Source: an uncultured delta proteobacterium
Lineage (GTDB): Bacteria; Desulfobacterota; Binatia; Binatales; Binataceae
DNA length: 64,000 nucleotides
Assembly: GCA_963724765.1 (NCBI GenBank)
Contig: CAVRVY010000004.1
Coordinates: 1,248,001-1,312,000, forward strand
Reading direction: 5' to 3'
How positions within the stretch are numbered: the first letter of the stretch is position 1; each line of letters starts with the position of its first letter. Under the pieces are notes generated by a model, which saw only the letters and a list, made by a program, of their open reading frames with translations, made no database searches and was not told the DNA's origin. A program made the translations under genes and the position numbers. Shown here one piece after another: positions 11,023 through 19,553 of this stretch.

Positions 11023-12762
11023 CTAGAGGCTGGTGGCCGCGAGGCGGCGGGCGCCGCGCCATAGCACCACGACGATCGCGGACATCATTAGCACGACGAT
11101 CGCCACGCCCTGGCGGATTTGCAGAAACGGCTGCAGCACCGCGAGCAGCAGCAGCCCGGCGCAGATCATAATCGCGAGTTGCAGGATTTCCATCATCACG
11201 CTTCGCTCCCAATCCTGCAGCGTGCCGCGGGCGGCGGGCAGGCGATGGTCCGCGAGCCGCGCCGCGAGCTGGCGCGCGCCGAAGAGCATCGCGGCCATTC
11301 CGATCACCGCTACTGCGAGCGCCAGAAGGTCGGCCGCCGTGGCGGCGTGCGCCGACGCAATTCCGTGGACGACTATGATTTTCTCGATCGGACGCCCCGC
11401 TACATCGAGAGCGATCACCACCGCGGCGACGCAAAGCGCTCCCGCAATCATGAAGAAAACCGGCGCCGCGACCCCCGGCAGGCCATCCGTAGCACCGCGC
11501 CCGGCGTTAACCCGCTCGACCCATCCGTCATAGACGCGCTGCAGGCGCGCCAGAGCATGCGGCGCGCGGCGCTCGACCATCCCACCGACCGGTTCGCAGG
11601 CGCGAATCATGAATGGCGTGGTGAAGGTGGTGATCGCGGACACGGCGACGGCCACCGTGTAGAGGAAGCTGTCGGCTGCGCCGGTCGAAACCCCGACGCC
11701 GGCGATAATAAACGAGAACTCGCCAATCTGGGCGAGGCTCAAGCCGGTCTGGATGGCAAGCGCCGCCGACGTCCCGGCCAGCATCGCGCCCAGCGTGACA
11801 CCGACGGTCTTGCCGACAATCAGGACGCCGACCAGGAGCGCGAGCGCATGCCAATGCGCCGCGATAAGCTGCGGGTCGATCAACATCCCGACCGAGACGA
11901 AGAACACTGCCGCGAAGGTATCGCGCAGCGGCCGGATCAGCTCGGCAAGGCGCTCGGCCTCGCCCGACTCCGCCACCAGCGAGCCGGCCAGGAAGGCGCC
12001 GAGCGCAACCGAATAGCCGGCGCGCTCGGCCTCCATCGCGAGCGCAAAGCAGATCCCGAGGCTGGCGACGACCAGCGTCTCATCGCGGCCGATACGCACG
12101 ACGAACCGCACCAGCGGCGGTATCAGCAGAATTCCGCCGCCGACGGTCACGAGCAGATATATCGCCAGGCGCGCGCCGGTCCATTCGAGCGCGCCGGCGT
12201 TGAGCTCCGCACCCGCGCCAAGCGGCGTCAGCACCGCCAGCATGATCACCGCGACCAGGTCCTCGCATAGCAACACGCCCAGGGCGAGTTCACGCAGGCT
12301 GGCGCCGACTTGCTGTTCGGCGAATGCCTTGGCCACGATCGTGGTGGAGGAGATCGAGATCAGCGCGCCGGTAAAAATGCTCTCGAGTTCGCTCCATCCC
12401 AGCGCACGTCCGCAGATGTAGCCGAGCCAAAGCATCAGGCCGACCTGGACGGCCGTGATGAAGGCGGCGCGCGGACCCAGGCGCAACAGGCGACGGATGC
12501 TGAACTCCAGCCCGAGCGCGAACATCAGCAGGATCACACCCAACTCGGAAACCCCATGAAGGCGGCTCGCGTCCACGAGTATTCCGGGCGTGTAGGGCCC
12601 GACGATCATCCCGGCGACCAGGTAGCCGACCACCACCGGCTGGCGCAACCTATGGAAGATGACCGTGGTGACCGCCGCCACGCACAACACCAGCGCCAAA
12701 TCCTCGAGAAAGGAGTTCGCAACCAGGGTCGGGATTGTCACCACGTCGTCTCCAACAACCAC
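11023..12762 (-). CDS. Cation:proton antiporter (CPA2 family)
   Basis: Multi-TM; ELGVILLMFALGLEFS, SISSTTIV, LGAFLAG, AQIGEFSF; start uncertain. Confidence 0.9.
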   Translation of the reverse strand: MVVGDDVVTIPTLVANSFLEDLALVLCVAAVTTVIFHRLRQPVVVGYLVAGMIVGPYTPGILVDASRLHGVSELGVILLMFALGLEFSIRRLLRLGPRAAFITAVQVGLMLWLGYICGRALGWSELESIFTGALISISSTTIVAKAFAEQQVGASLRELALGVLLCEDLVAVIMLAVLTPLGAGAELNAGALEWTGARLAIYLLVTVGGGILLIPPLVRFVVRIGRDETLVVASLGICFALAMEAERAGYSVALGAFLAGSLVAESGEAERLAELIRPLRDTFAAVFFVSVGMLIDPQLIAAHWHALALLVGVLIVGKTVGVTLGAMLAGTSAALAIQTGLSLAQIGEFSFIIAGVGVSTGAADSFLYTVAVAVSAITTFTTPFMIRACEPVGGMVERRAPHALARLQRVYDGWVERVNAGRGATDGLPGVAAPVFFMIAGALCVAAVVIALDVAGRPIEKIIVVHGIASAHAATAADLLALAVAVIGMAAMLFGARQLAARLADHRLPAARGTLQDWERSVMMEILQLAIMICAGLLLLAVLQPFLQIRQGVAIVVLMMSAIVVVLWRGARRLAATSL

Positions 12763-12848
12763 CTCTTCCGATCCTTGCGCCAGGCAAAGCCGCGCGCCGG
12801 CTTTGCATATGGTCTTCGCTCGCGGTGGCCGTCACAATAGGGAGACCC

Positions 12849-14822
12849 GTGAATTCAGCAGTAAAATACACAGGCTCGCTGGTCGAGTATCTTGACCACG
12901 GCGGCCTCCATGCAGGCTTCGTGGTGCGCGAACAAGGCGACAAACTCGTGATCCGCGACCACACCGGGCATGAACGCACTATCGCGCGTGAGCTTATCAT
13001 GATGCGCCATGGCGCCCGCACCGAGGGCGAGGGCGACCCCGGCGCGCAAATCGCGGCGCTGGAGGAAGAGAAGGCCACGCTGCGCGCCGAGCTCGACCTC
13101 ACGCTGCTGTGGGAAGTTGTGCAAGAGCAGGGCCGCGCGTTCAGCGCCGAGGACCTGGCAGAGTTGTTCTTCGGCCGCCGCTCGAGCGCAGGCGCCGCAG
13201 TGATGTTGGAGGCGCTGATCGCCGACCGCATCTACTTTGTCCGCCGCAACCGCGAATTCATGGTGCGCAGTCCCGAGCAGGTCGAGCGGCTGCGCATCCA
13301 GGAGAGCCGGGTGCGGATGCGCAGCGAGGAGGGGCGCCGCACGCGCGATCTCTTGAATGCGATCATCGCGAACGACACTCGCATCAACGGCATCCTTTCG
13401 TCACCTGACGAAGCCGCGCCGCTGATTGCCGAATTGCAACGTTATCTCAAAAATCCCTCCACCCGCAGCCAGGAACTGACCTTGATGCTCGGGCAGGCCG
13501 CGCCCGACGTTGATCCGGTCGAAGCGGCTTTTGAAGTTCTCGAGCGCCTGGGCTCAGCACCAGCGGCTCCACGGTTCGCCGCTGTCGGCGCCCTTGCGAC
13601 CGAGTTCAGCGAGGCGGCGCAGGTAGAAGCGGCCACGGTCGTGCCGATGGAACGCGCGGCAATTGACGTGCCAGTCGCGTTCACCATCGACGACGAGGAG
13701 ACGCTCGAAGTCGACGACGCACTCAGTTGCGAAGTGACTGCCGACGGCCAGTTGCGGGTCGGGATTCATATCGCGCTGGTCGCGGATTTCGTCGCGCGCG
13801 GCGGTGCGATGGATCGCGAGGCGGCCGCGCGCGCCACCACCGTGTATTTGCCGGAAACGACGGTAAGGATGCTCCCCGATGAAATTTGTTGTCGGCGGGC
13901 GAGCCTGACCGCCGGCGAGCAGCGCCCGGTGCTGAGCACGTCGGTACTGCTGGGTCCGCACGGCGAATTGCTCAGTAGCCTTATCAGTCCGCGCAATCTC
14001 AGGATCGGCAAGCGGCTCAGCTACGCGCAGGCGGACCGCATCCTTGGCGGCACCGAGGCGGCCGAGGACGAGGTGGCGACGGCTTTGCGGCGGCTGTACG
14101 AGGCGGCGCTCGAGCTTCGCGAGCAGCGCAAGCGGGCGGGGGCGATCCTGGTACAGCGGCGCGAGCCGAAGGTGCGGGTGCGTGGGGACGAGATCGAAAT
14201 CGAAATAATCGACAGCAACAACTCGCCCAGCCGTCTGCTGGTCGCGGAGTTCATGGTGTTGAACAATTTCGTAGCGGCGAGCTACGCCGCCGAACATCGT
14301 ATCCCGATCATTTACCGAGTGCAGCCGGCAGCGGTCGATACGGGCGCGGTGCGAGCGCGTTTGTCAGTATATCCCGAGTACCATGCCGGAACGGGGCTGC
14401 GATGTTACGCGCAACTCAGCTCGCCCATCCGGCGCTATGCGGACCTGGTATTGCAGCGTCAACTGGTGAGTGCGCTGGCGGACTCGTCGGTTCCGCCCTA
14501 CGACGCCGACGGGATACTCGCCGTGCTCGCGAATACAGAGAATGCTGAGGCGGAGGCCAAGGAACTGGAGCGTCGTGCGCGGCGCTACTGGACTTTACGC
14601 TACTTGCAGCGCCATGCGGTTGGCCGCGAGCTCGGGGCCACTGTCACTCGCGACGGCGTGAGCGCCGAGCTCGACGACTATGCCGTGCGTGGCGCTCTGC
14701 GCGGCGCACCTAACGTCTCGAGTCAGACTCAGATACGGGTCCGTATTGCACGGGTTGACCCGCTACGCGGCTGGCTCTCGTTCGACTATCTCGCAACGGT
14801 GCCGAAACCCGTCGCTTCCTAG
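12849..14822 (+). CDS. RNB-domain exoribonuclease (RNase II/R family)
   Basis: FTIDDEETLEVDDALS catalytic motif, LVAEFMV, SSPIRRYADL; GGAGA RBS before GTG 12849. Confidence 0.9.
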   Translation: MNSAVKYTGSLVEYLDHGGLHAGFVVREQGDKLVIRDHTGHERTIARELIMMRHGARTEGEGDPGAQIAALEEEKATLRAELDLTLLWEVVQEQGRAFSAEDLAELFFGRRSSAGAAVMLEALIADRIYFVRRNREFMVRSPEQVERLRIQESRVRMRSEEGRRTRDLLNAIIANDTRINGILSSPDEAAPLIAELQRYLKNPSTRSQELTLMLGQAAPDVDPVEAAFEVLERLGSAPAAPRFAAVGALATEFSEAAQVEAATVVPMERAAIDVPVAFTIDDEETLEVDDALSCEVTADGQLRVGIHIALVADFVARGGAMDREAAARATTVYLPETTVRMLPDEICCRRASLTAGEQRPVLSTSVLLGPHGELLSSLISPRNLRIGKRLSYAQADRILGGTEAAEDEVATALRRLYEAALELREQRKRAGAILVQRREPKVRVRGDEIEIEIIDSNNSPSRLLVAEFMVLNNFVAASYAAEHRIPIIYRVQPAAVDTGAVRARLSVYPEYHAGTGLRCYAQLSSPIRRYADLVLQRQLVSALADSSVPPYDADGILAVLANTENAEAEAKELERRARRYWTLRYLQRHAVGRELGATVTRDGVSAELDDYAVRGALRGAPNVSSQTQIRVRIARVDPLRGWLSFDYLATVPKPVAS

Positions 14823-14889
14823 CTTTCCCTAGCCTTGCTCCAGCTTACCTTCCTGGAGCATTCTTGCGACCTTAGACCCTCTCGGCGCT

Positions 14890-14996
14890 GGAAACCCTGG
14901 CCTTGGAAAACTCTGGTCTCGGAAAACTCCGGCCTTGGAAACGCCCGCCCTGGAAACACGCGCCCCGGAAACGCTGGTCCCAGAAACTTGCCTAAG
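14890..14996. repeat. Seven degenerate 15-16 bp tandem repeats (GGAAA...)
   Basis: Unit starts at 14890, 14905, 14921, 14937, 14952, 14967, 14982. Confidence 0.75.
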
Positions 14997-15123
14997 GATT
15001 CGTCGGACCGCGACTAGCCTCCGGCACTTCGCGCATCGCAGCTCCGCGCCGGCTCCGAGTCGGTTTGGAAAAAAGGGCCGCGCCGGCGCGGCCCCAGCCT
15101 GAAAAGCGCTCCGTCGCTCGAAC

Positions 15124-15318
15124 TCAGCCCTTGAAGTTGTCCTGCTGCAAGCGCCAGCGATCGATCGACTCGATGTTGAAGCGCCAATCGCTACCTACCT
15201 TGAAGGCCGGCAGCCCTCCACGCTTGAGCTGACGATAAACGGTCGACGGATGTACTTTAAGGTAGTCCGACAGTTCTTTAACTGTCATTACTCTGCTGCT
15301 TTCCAGTTTCATTGCCAT
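15124..15318 (-). CDS. Excisionase-like (HTH_17/MerR-like) DNA-binding protein
   Basis: VMTVKELSDYLKVHPSTVYRQL..GGLPAFKVGSDWRF....IDRW; GGAGAGG RBS. Confidence 0.88.
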   Translation of the reverse strand: MAMKLESSRVMTVKELSDYLKVHPSTVYRQLKRGGLPAFKVGSDWRFNIESIDRWRLQQDNFKG

Positions 15319-15393
15319 GGTAACCTCTCCCCTGTCTCTCGCTAATACGTCTTATCCTTGCCCGGCCGCTACGCCCCGGCCACCACGGCATAA

Positions 15394-15409
15394 AGCAAGG
15401 CGTGTGCCG
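15394..15409 (-). promoter_or_regulatory. Putative sigma54 (-24/-12) promoter
   Basis: Minus strand CGGCACACGCCTTGCT = GG-N10-GC with GGCAC and TTGC; AT-rich upstream region. Confidence 0.65.
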
Positions 15410-15666
15410 TAAGCCATAGAAAAGGGAATCGAGCCTAATAAGATGAAAATGAGGGTAAACTTAATGAATAAAGCGTCAACAATTTGCCGACCGGTATGAA
15501 AGTGCCGGTCAAGCTTTCGCCGCACCGATGCAAGATTGACCACGGCTTGTTTCATTCATGCAATACCCACCGGGCTTATAGTTTACCCTTTAGGTGGGAC
15601 GTGAGCCACTCTTTCGGCCGGAAACGAACCACGTTATAAATTTAGCCCCGCCAGCCCAGCCGTCCG

Positions 15667-16509
15667 CTAAACCTTGCCGATCAGTTCGCGCGCGCACTCG
15701 CCTACAAAACGTATCACGCCCGCGGCGTCGTTTTGGCGATGCAACAGGATCAGGCGATGCACGCCGGCCTCGGCAAAGCGGCGCGCTTCGTCGCGATCGA
15801 TCCGGCGGCTTGGCGTCACGCTTATCTCTATCTCCTCGAAGCGTCGTCCGGTTTCCTTGCACGCGGCCTTGAGTCCTTCGACGTGCCGTTTAGTGGTCTC
15901 AAGATCGAGCGCGAAGCCGTACCATCCGCTGGCCAGGCGCGCGGCGCGCGAAAATGCCTCTTTGGTGTGGCCGCCGAACACGATCTCCGGATGGGGTTTC
16001 TGCACCGGACGCGGCATCGCGTTGACGCCACCGAAGGAGACGAAGCGGCCGCGGAATTCCGGCTTGTCCATCGTCCATAGCGCGATCATCGCCCGCAGGA
16101 ATTCCTCGCTGCGCGCGCCCTTATGGTCGAAGGGAGCGCCGATCGCCTCGAACTCGGGTTTGAGATAGCCGACGCCGATGCCGAAGATCAGGCGCCCACC
16201 GGCGAGCACGTCGGTCGAGGCGAGTTCCTTGGCCAGCACGACCGGATTGCGCTGCGGCAGAATGATGATCCCGGTACCGAGCCGGATGGTCCTGGTGTGC
16301 GCGGCGACGAAGGCCAGCGCGACGAGCGAGTCGATGAATGGAGTCTCAGGCGGCGCTGGCGAGGGCGGCGCCTGCGGATCGGGCAGCACGATATGCTCGC
16401 CGGTCCAGAGACTCTCGAACCCGGCCGCTTCGGCGGCGCGCGCGACTTCGCTCGCCGCCTGCGGATCGGCGCACGGGCCATAGTTGATTCCGAACAGCGC
16501 TATCTTCAT
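15667..16509 (-). CDS. LLM-class F420-dependent oxidoreductase
   Basis: AEAAGFESLWTGEH, IRLGTGIIILPQRNPVVLAKE, PRPVQKPHP. Confidence 0.88.
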   Translation of the reverse strand: MKIALFGINYGPCADPQAASEVARAAEAAGFESLWTGEHIVLPDPQAPPSPAPPETPFIDSLVALAFVAAHTRTIRLGTGIIILPQRNPVVLAKELASTDVLAGGRLIFGIGVGYLKPEFEAIGAPFDHKGARSEEFLRAMIALWTMDKPEFRGRFVSFGGVNAMPRPVQKPHPEIVFGGHTKEAFSRAARLASGWYGFALDLETTKRHVEGLKAACKETGRRFEEIEISVTPSRRIDRDEARRFAEAGVHRLILLHRQNDAAGVIRFVGECARELIGKV

Positions 16510-16613
16510 GGTAGGCAGAACTAGCACGAAGCGATGCACACGGAAATCCGGCGGCGGCCGACGATCGAACGGCGCGAGCGGTGCGGGATCGCCGGTGCAA
16601 CAGGAAACACAAG

Positions 16614-17153
16614 ATGAGATGTCCGCAATGTGGATCCGACTCGGCCCCCAACGCGCAATTCTGCGCGCGATGCGGCACGCGCCTTTACGAGCCTAAGCCG
16701 GCGGACAAGCGCGAGTATGCACTGATGCGGGTGCATCCGGCCTGGTGGCACTTCATCGGCGCGATTCTTTTTTCCTGCGTCCTTATAGTGGTGGGGTTTG
16801 CCGTGCGCTTCATTTACGTGAACGGATGGAGCGTCAGTCTGCTGCTGTTCGCGATCGGAGTGGCGGAGCTATTCTCGATCGTATTGCGCCGGCACTTCAT
16901 CTCGTGGAGCGTCACCTCGGAGCGGGTGATCGAGAACAAAGGCATCCTCGCCAGGCATCGGCGCGAAATGGAACTCGCTGACGTTCGCTCGGTGGATGTC
17001 GAGCGACGGTTCATGCAGCGCGCGATGGGTCTTGGGAACATCATTATCGCATCGGCGGCAAGCGCCGACTACGCGATCAAGCTTTACGATGTCCCCGACC
17101 CCGAAGGCGTGGCCGAAACGCTGCGCCGCGCGCGGCTGAAGCGCCTGGCGTAA
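16614..17153 (+). CDS. Zinc-ribbon + membrane bPH_2 domain protein
   Basis: MRCPQCG...FCARCG, two TMs, VTSERVI...GIL...GLGNIII. Confidence 0.8.
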   Translation: MRCPQCGSDSAPNAQFCARCGTRLYEPKPADKREYALMRVHPAWWHFIGAILFSCVLIVVGFAVRFIYVNGWSVSLLLFAIGVAELFSIVLRRHFISWSVTSERVIENKGILARHRREMELADVRSVDVERRFMQRAMGLGNIIIASAASADYAIKLYDVPDPEGVAETLRRARLKRLA

Positions 17154-17156
17154 AGT

Positions 17157-17185
17157 TTGACCTCTATCGAGCGCGCGCCGATAAT
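17157..17185 (+). promoter_or_regulatory. Putative sigma70 promoter of rnhB
   Basis: TTGACC-N17-GATAAT. Confidence 0.55.
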
Positions 17186-17222
17186 CGGCGCATCAACCCG
17201 CACGAGGCGCGCGGGGAGGGGA

Positions 17223-17879
17223 ATGGGCGGCGCGATGACAAAGCATCCGGATCTCCGCTACGAGCGCAAGCTCTGGCGCAGCGGCGTGGAAGTGGTGGCG
17301 GGCGTCGACGAGGCCGGGGTTGGCCCGATGGCGGGGCCGGTGGTCGCCGCCGCGGTCATCTTCGCTCCCGAAACTTTCATCAAAGGCGTTCACGACTCCA
17401 AGCAGCTGGTGTCCGAGCGGCGCGCAGAGCTTTACGATCAGATAATTGCGCGCGCGCTCGCCTGGGCGGTCGGCGTGGCCGATCCGCTCGAGATCGATCG
17501 GCTGAACATCTACTGGGCGACGCGCGAGGCCAGCCTGCGCGCGCTGGCCGGCCTGGGACGCACGCCGGGCCACGTGCTGGTCGACGGACGCGGGATCGCG
17601 GATCTCGAGCATCCGCAGACCCCGATCGTCGGCGGCGACCGCAAGAGCTTCTGTATCGCGGCCGCCTCGATTCTGGCCAAGGTGACGCGCGACCGCATGA
17701 TGTGCGAGTACGACGCGCGTTTTCCCGGCTACGGTTTCGCGCAACACAAGGGATATTGCACGCCCGAGCATTTCACGGCGCTCCGCGCGCTCGGACCTTC
17801 GCCGATCCATCGCCGCTCGTTCGCGCCCGTCTTCGAGTCCGCGCAGCTTGCCCTGGCTATCTGCGATTTACGATCCTGA
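17223..17879 (+). CDS. rnhB: Ribonuclease HII
   Basis: GVDEAG.GP.AGPVVAAA, DSK, LVDG, IAAASILAKVTRD, HKGY. Confidence 0.95.
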   Translation: MGGAMTKHPDLRYERKLWRSGVEVVAGVDEAGVGPMAGPVVAAAVIFAPETFIKGVHDSKQLVSERRAELYDQIIARALAWAVGVADPLEIDRLNIYWATREASLRALAGLGRTPGHVLVDGRGIADLEHPQTPIVGGDRKSFCIAAASILAKVTRDRMMCEYDARFPGYGFAQHKGYCTPEHFTALRALGPSPIHRRSFAPVFESAQLALAICDLRS

Positions 17880-17965
17880 GCGCCTTGCGTTAGAGTCTTT
17901 GATCGAATGATCCCGGCGCTGAGCGTCGTCGTCGACGGCGCGAGCGCCGGCCACTTGCCCATTAC

Positions 17966-19405
17966 ATGGCTTCATCCGGGGGTTTAACGAGCTTGGCAAA
18001 TTCACGATACGACCTGGCGGTAATCGGTTCCGGCCCGGGCGGCTACGTAGCGGCGATCCGCGCGAGCCAGCTCAAGATGCGGGTCGCGGTGGTCGAGCGC
18101 GAGGAAGTGGGCGGCGTGTGCCTGAACTGGGGATGCATCCCGTCCAAGGCGCTGCTCAACTCGGCCGAGACGATCGAGTCGATTCGCGGCGCCGCCAAGG
18201 AGCACGGCATCGAGGTCGGCGAGGTGAAGGTCGATTTCGCCCACGTCATCAAGCGCAGCCGCGAGGCGGCCGACAAGCTCTCCAAGGGCGTGCGCTTCTT
18301 GTTTCGCAAGAACAAGGTCGACCTGTTCGAGGCCAACGCGAGTATCGCGGGGCCCAATAGCGTGGCGCTCGCGCCGGCCGCCGGCAAACCGCCACCGTCC
18401 ACCCCAACGATCGAGGCCGAGCGCATCCTGGTCGCCAGCGGCTCGGGCGAGCGGCTGTTCGGCGGGATGAAGGTCGGGGACGGCGTGATGACCAGCCGCG
18501 AGGCGCTGCTGAACGACCATCTACCGGAAAGCGTCGTCGTGATCGGAGCGGGCGCGGTGGGACTGGAGTTCGCCTATTTCTACCAGGCCTTCGGCGCCAA
18601 GGTGACGGTGGTCGAACTGGAGAAGCAGATGCTGCCCGGATTCGACGCCGAGGTCGCCGAGGAACTGCGCCGCTCCTTCGTCAAGCGCGGGGTCACCGTG
18701 ATGCTCGGGCACGGGTACAAATCGATGGAGCGCAAGGGCGGGCGCTGGACGGTCACGCTGGAGGCCGGCGGGGCTGCGAAAATCGTCGAGGCCGAGGCCG
18801 TGCTGGTCGCGGTCGGGCGCAATCCGCTGAGCCCGAACCTGGGACTGGAAAAGGTCGGTGTCGAAACGGAACGCGGCGGCTTCATCAAGGTTGACGACTC
18901 CTTCCGCACCGCATGCCCGAGCGTTTACGCGATCGGCGACGTAATCCGCCCACCCCTGCTCGCCCACAAGGCGTCGGCCGAGGGTACCGCCGCGGTCGAA
19001 ATCATGGCGGGGGTGCGCGAGCCCGGCTTCGACCTGTTGTCGATCGCCGGATGCATCTATTGCGAGCCCGAGGTCGCCACGGTCGGACTGACCGAGGCGC
19101 AGGCGCGCGAGCGCGGTATCGAGGTCAAGGTCGGCAAGATCCCGTTTCGCGCGATCGGCAAGGCGGTCGCGGTCAATCAGACCGAGGGCTTCGTCAAAAT
19201 AGTCGCGAGCAAAGAATATAGCGAAGTGCTCGGCGCGCAGATCATCGGCCATCGTGCGACCGACCTGATCTCGGAAATCGTGCTGGGACGAACGCTGGAG
19301 ACCACCACGGCCGAGATCGGCAAGACGCCGCATCCGCATCCCACGCTGTCCGAGGCGATCATGGAGGCAGCGCTGGCGGCCGAGGGCGAGGCGATCAACT
19401 TTTAA
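17966..19405 (+). CDS. lpdA: Dihydrolipoyl dehydrogenase
   Basis: GSGPGGY, GGVCLNWGCIPSK, GAGAVGLE, HPHPTLSE. Confidence 0.95.
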   Translation: MASSGGLTSLANSRYDLAVIGSGPGGYVAAIRASQLKMRVAVVEREEVGGVCLNWGCIPSKALLNSAETIESIRGAAKEHGIEVGEVKVDFAHVIKRSREAADKLSKGVRFLFRKNKVDLFEANASIAGPNSVALAPAAGKPPPSTPTIEAERILVASGSGERLFGGMKVGDGVMTSREALLNDHLPESVVVIGAGAVGLEFAYFYQAFGAKVTVVELEKQMLPGFDAEVAEELRRSFVKRGVTVMLGHGYKSMERKGGRWTVTLEAGGAAKIVEAEAVLVAVGRNPLSPNLGLEKVGVETERGGFIKVDDSFRTACPSVYAIGDVIRPPLLAHKASAEGTAAVEIMAGVREPGFDLLSIAGCIYCEPEVATVGLTEAQARERGIEVKVGKIPFRAIGKAVAVNQTEGFVKIVASKEYSEVLGAQIIGHRATDLISEIVLGRTLETTTAEIGKTPHPHPTLSEAIMEAALAAEGEAINF

Positions 19406-19553
19406 GGCATGAACTTCGGCCAACTCCTCAACCCACTCATCCTGGGGAGTAATCAGCGGGTCTGATTGCGCCTTCGACGACCTCGCTCGCAATCGCTAAA
19501 CAAAGGGTCCCAGTTGCGTTAGGGTCAGTCGGCGGAATGGGCGGGGGCTATAG

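Noticed and set aside
14890-14996. Possible CRISPR array (also 61214-61352)
   Set aside because: Units are only 12-16 bp, with no 23-47 bp conserved repeat, no unique spacers and no cas genes
15124-15318. Excisionase marking a second prophage
   Set aside because: No integrase, att site or phage genes nearby; flanks are chromosomal
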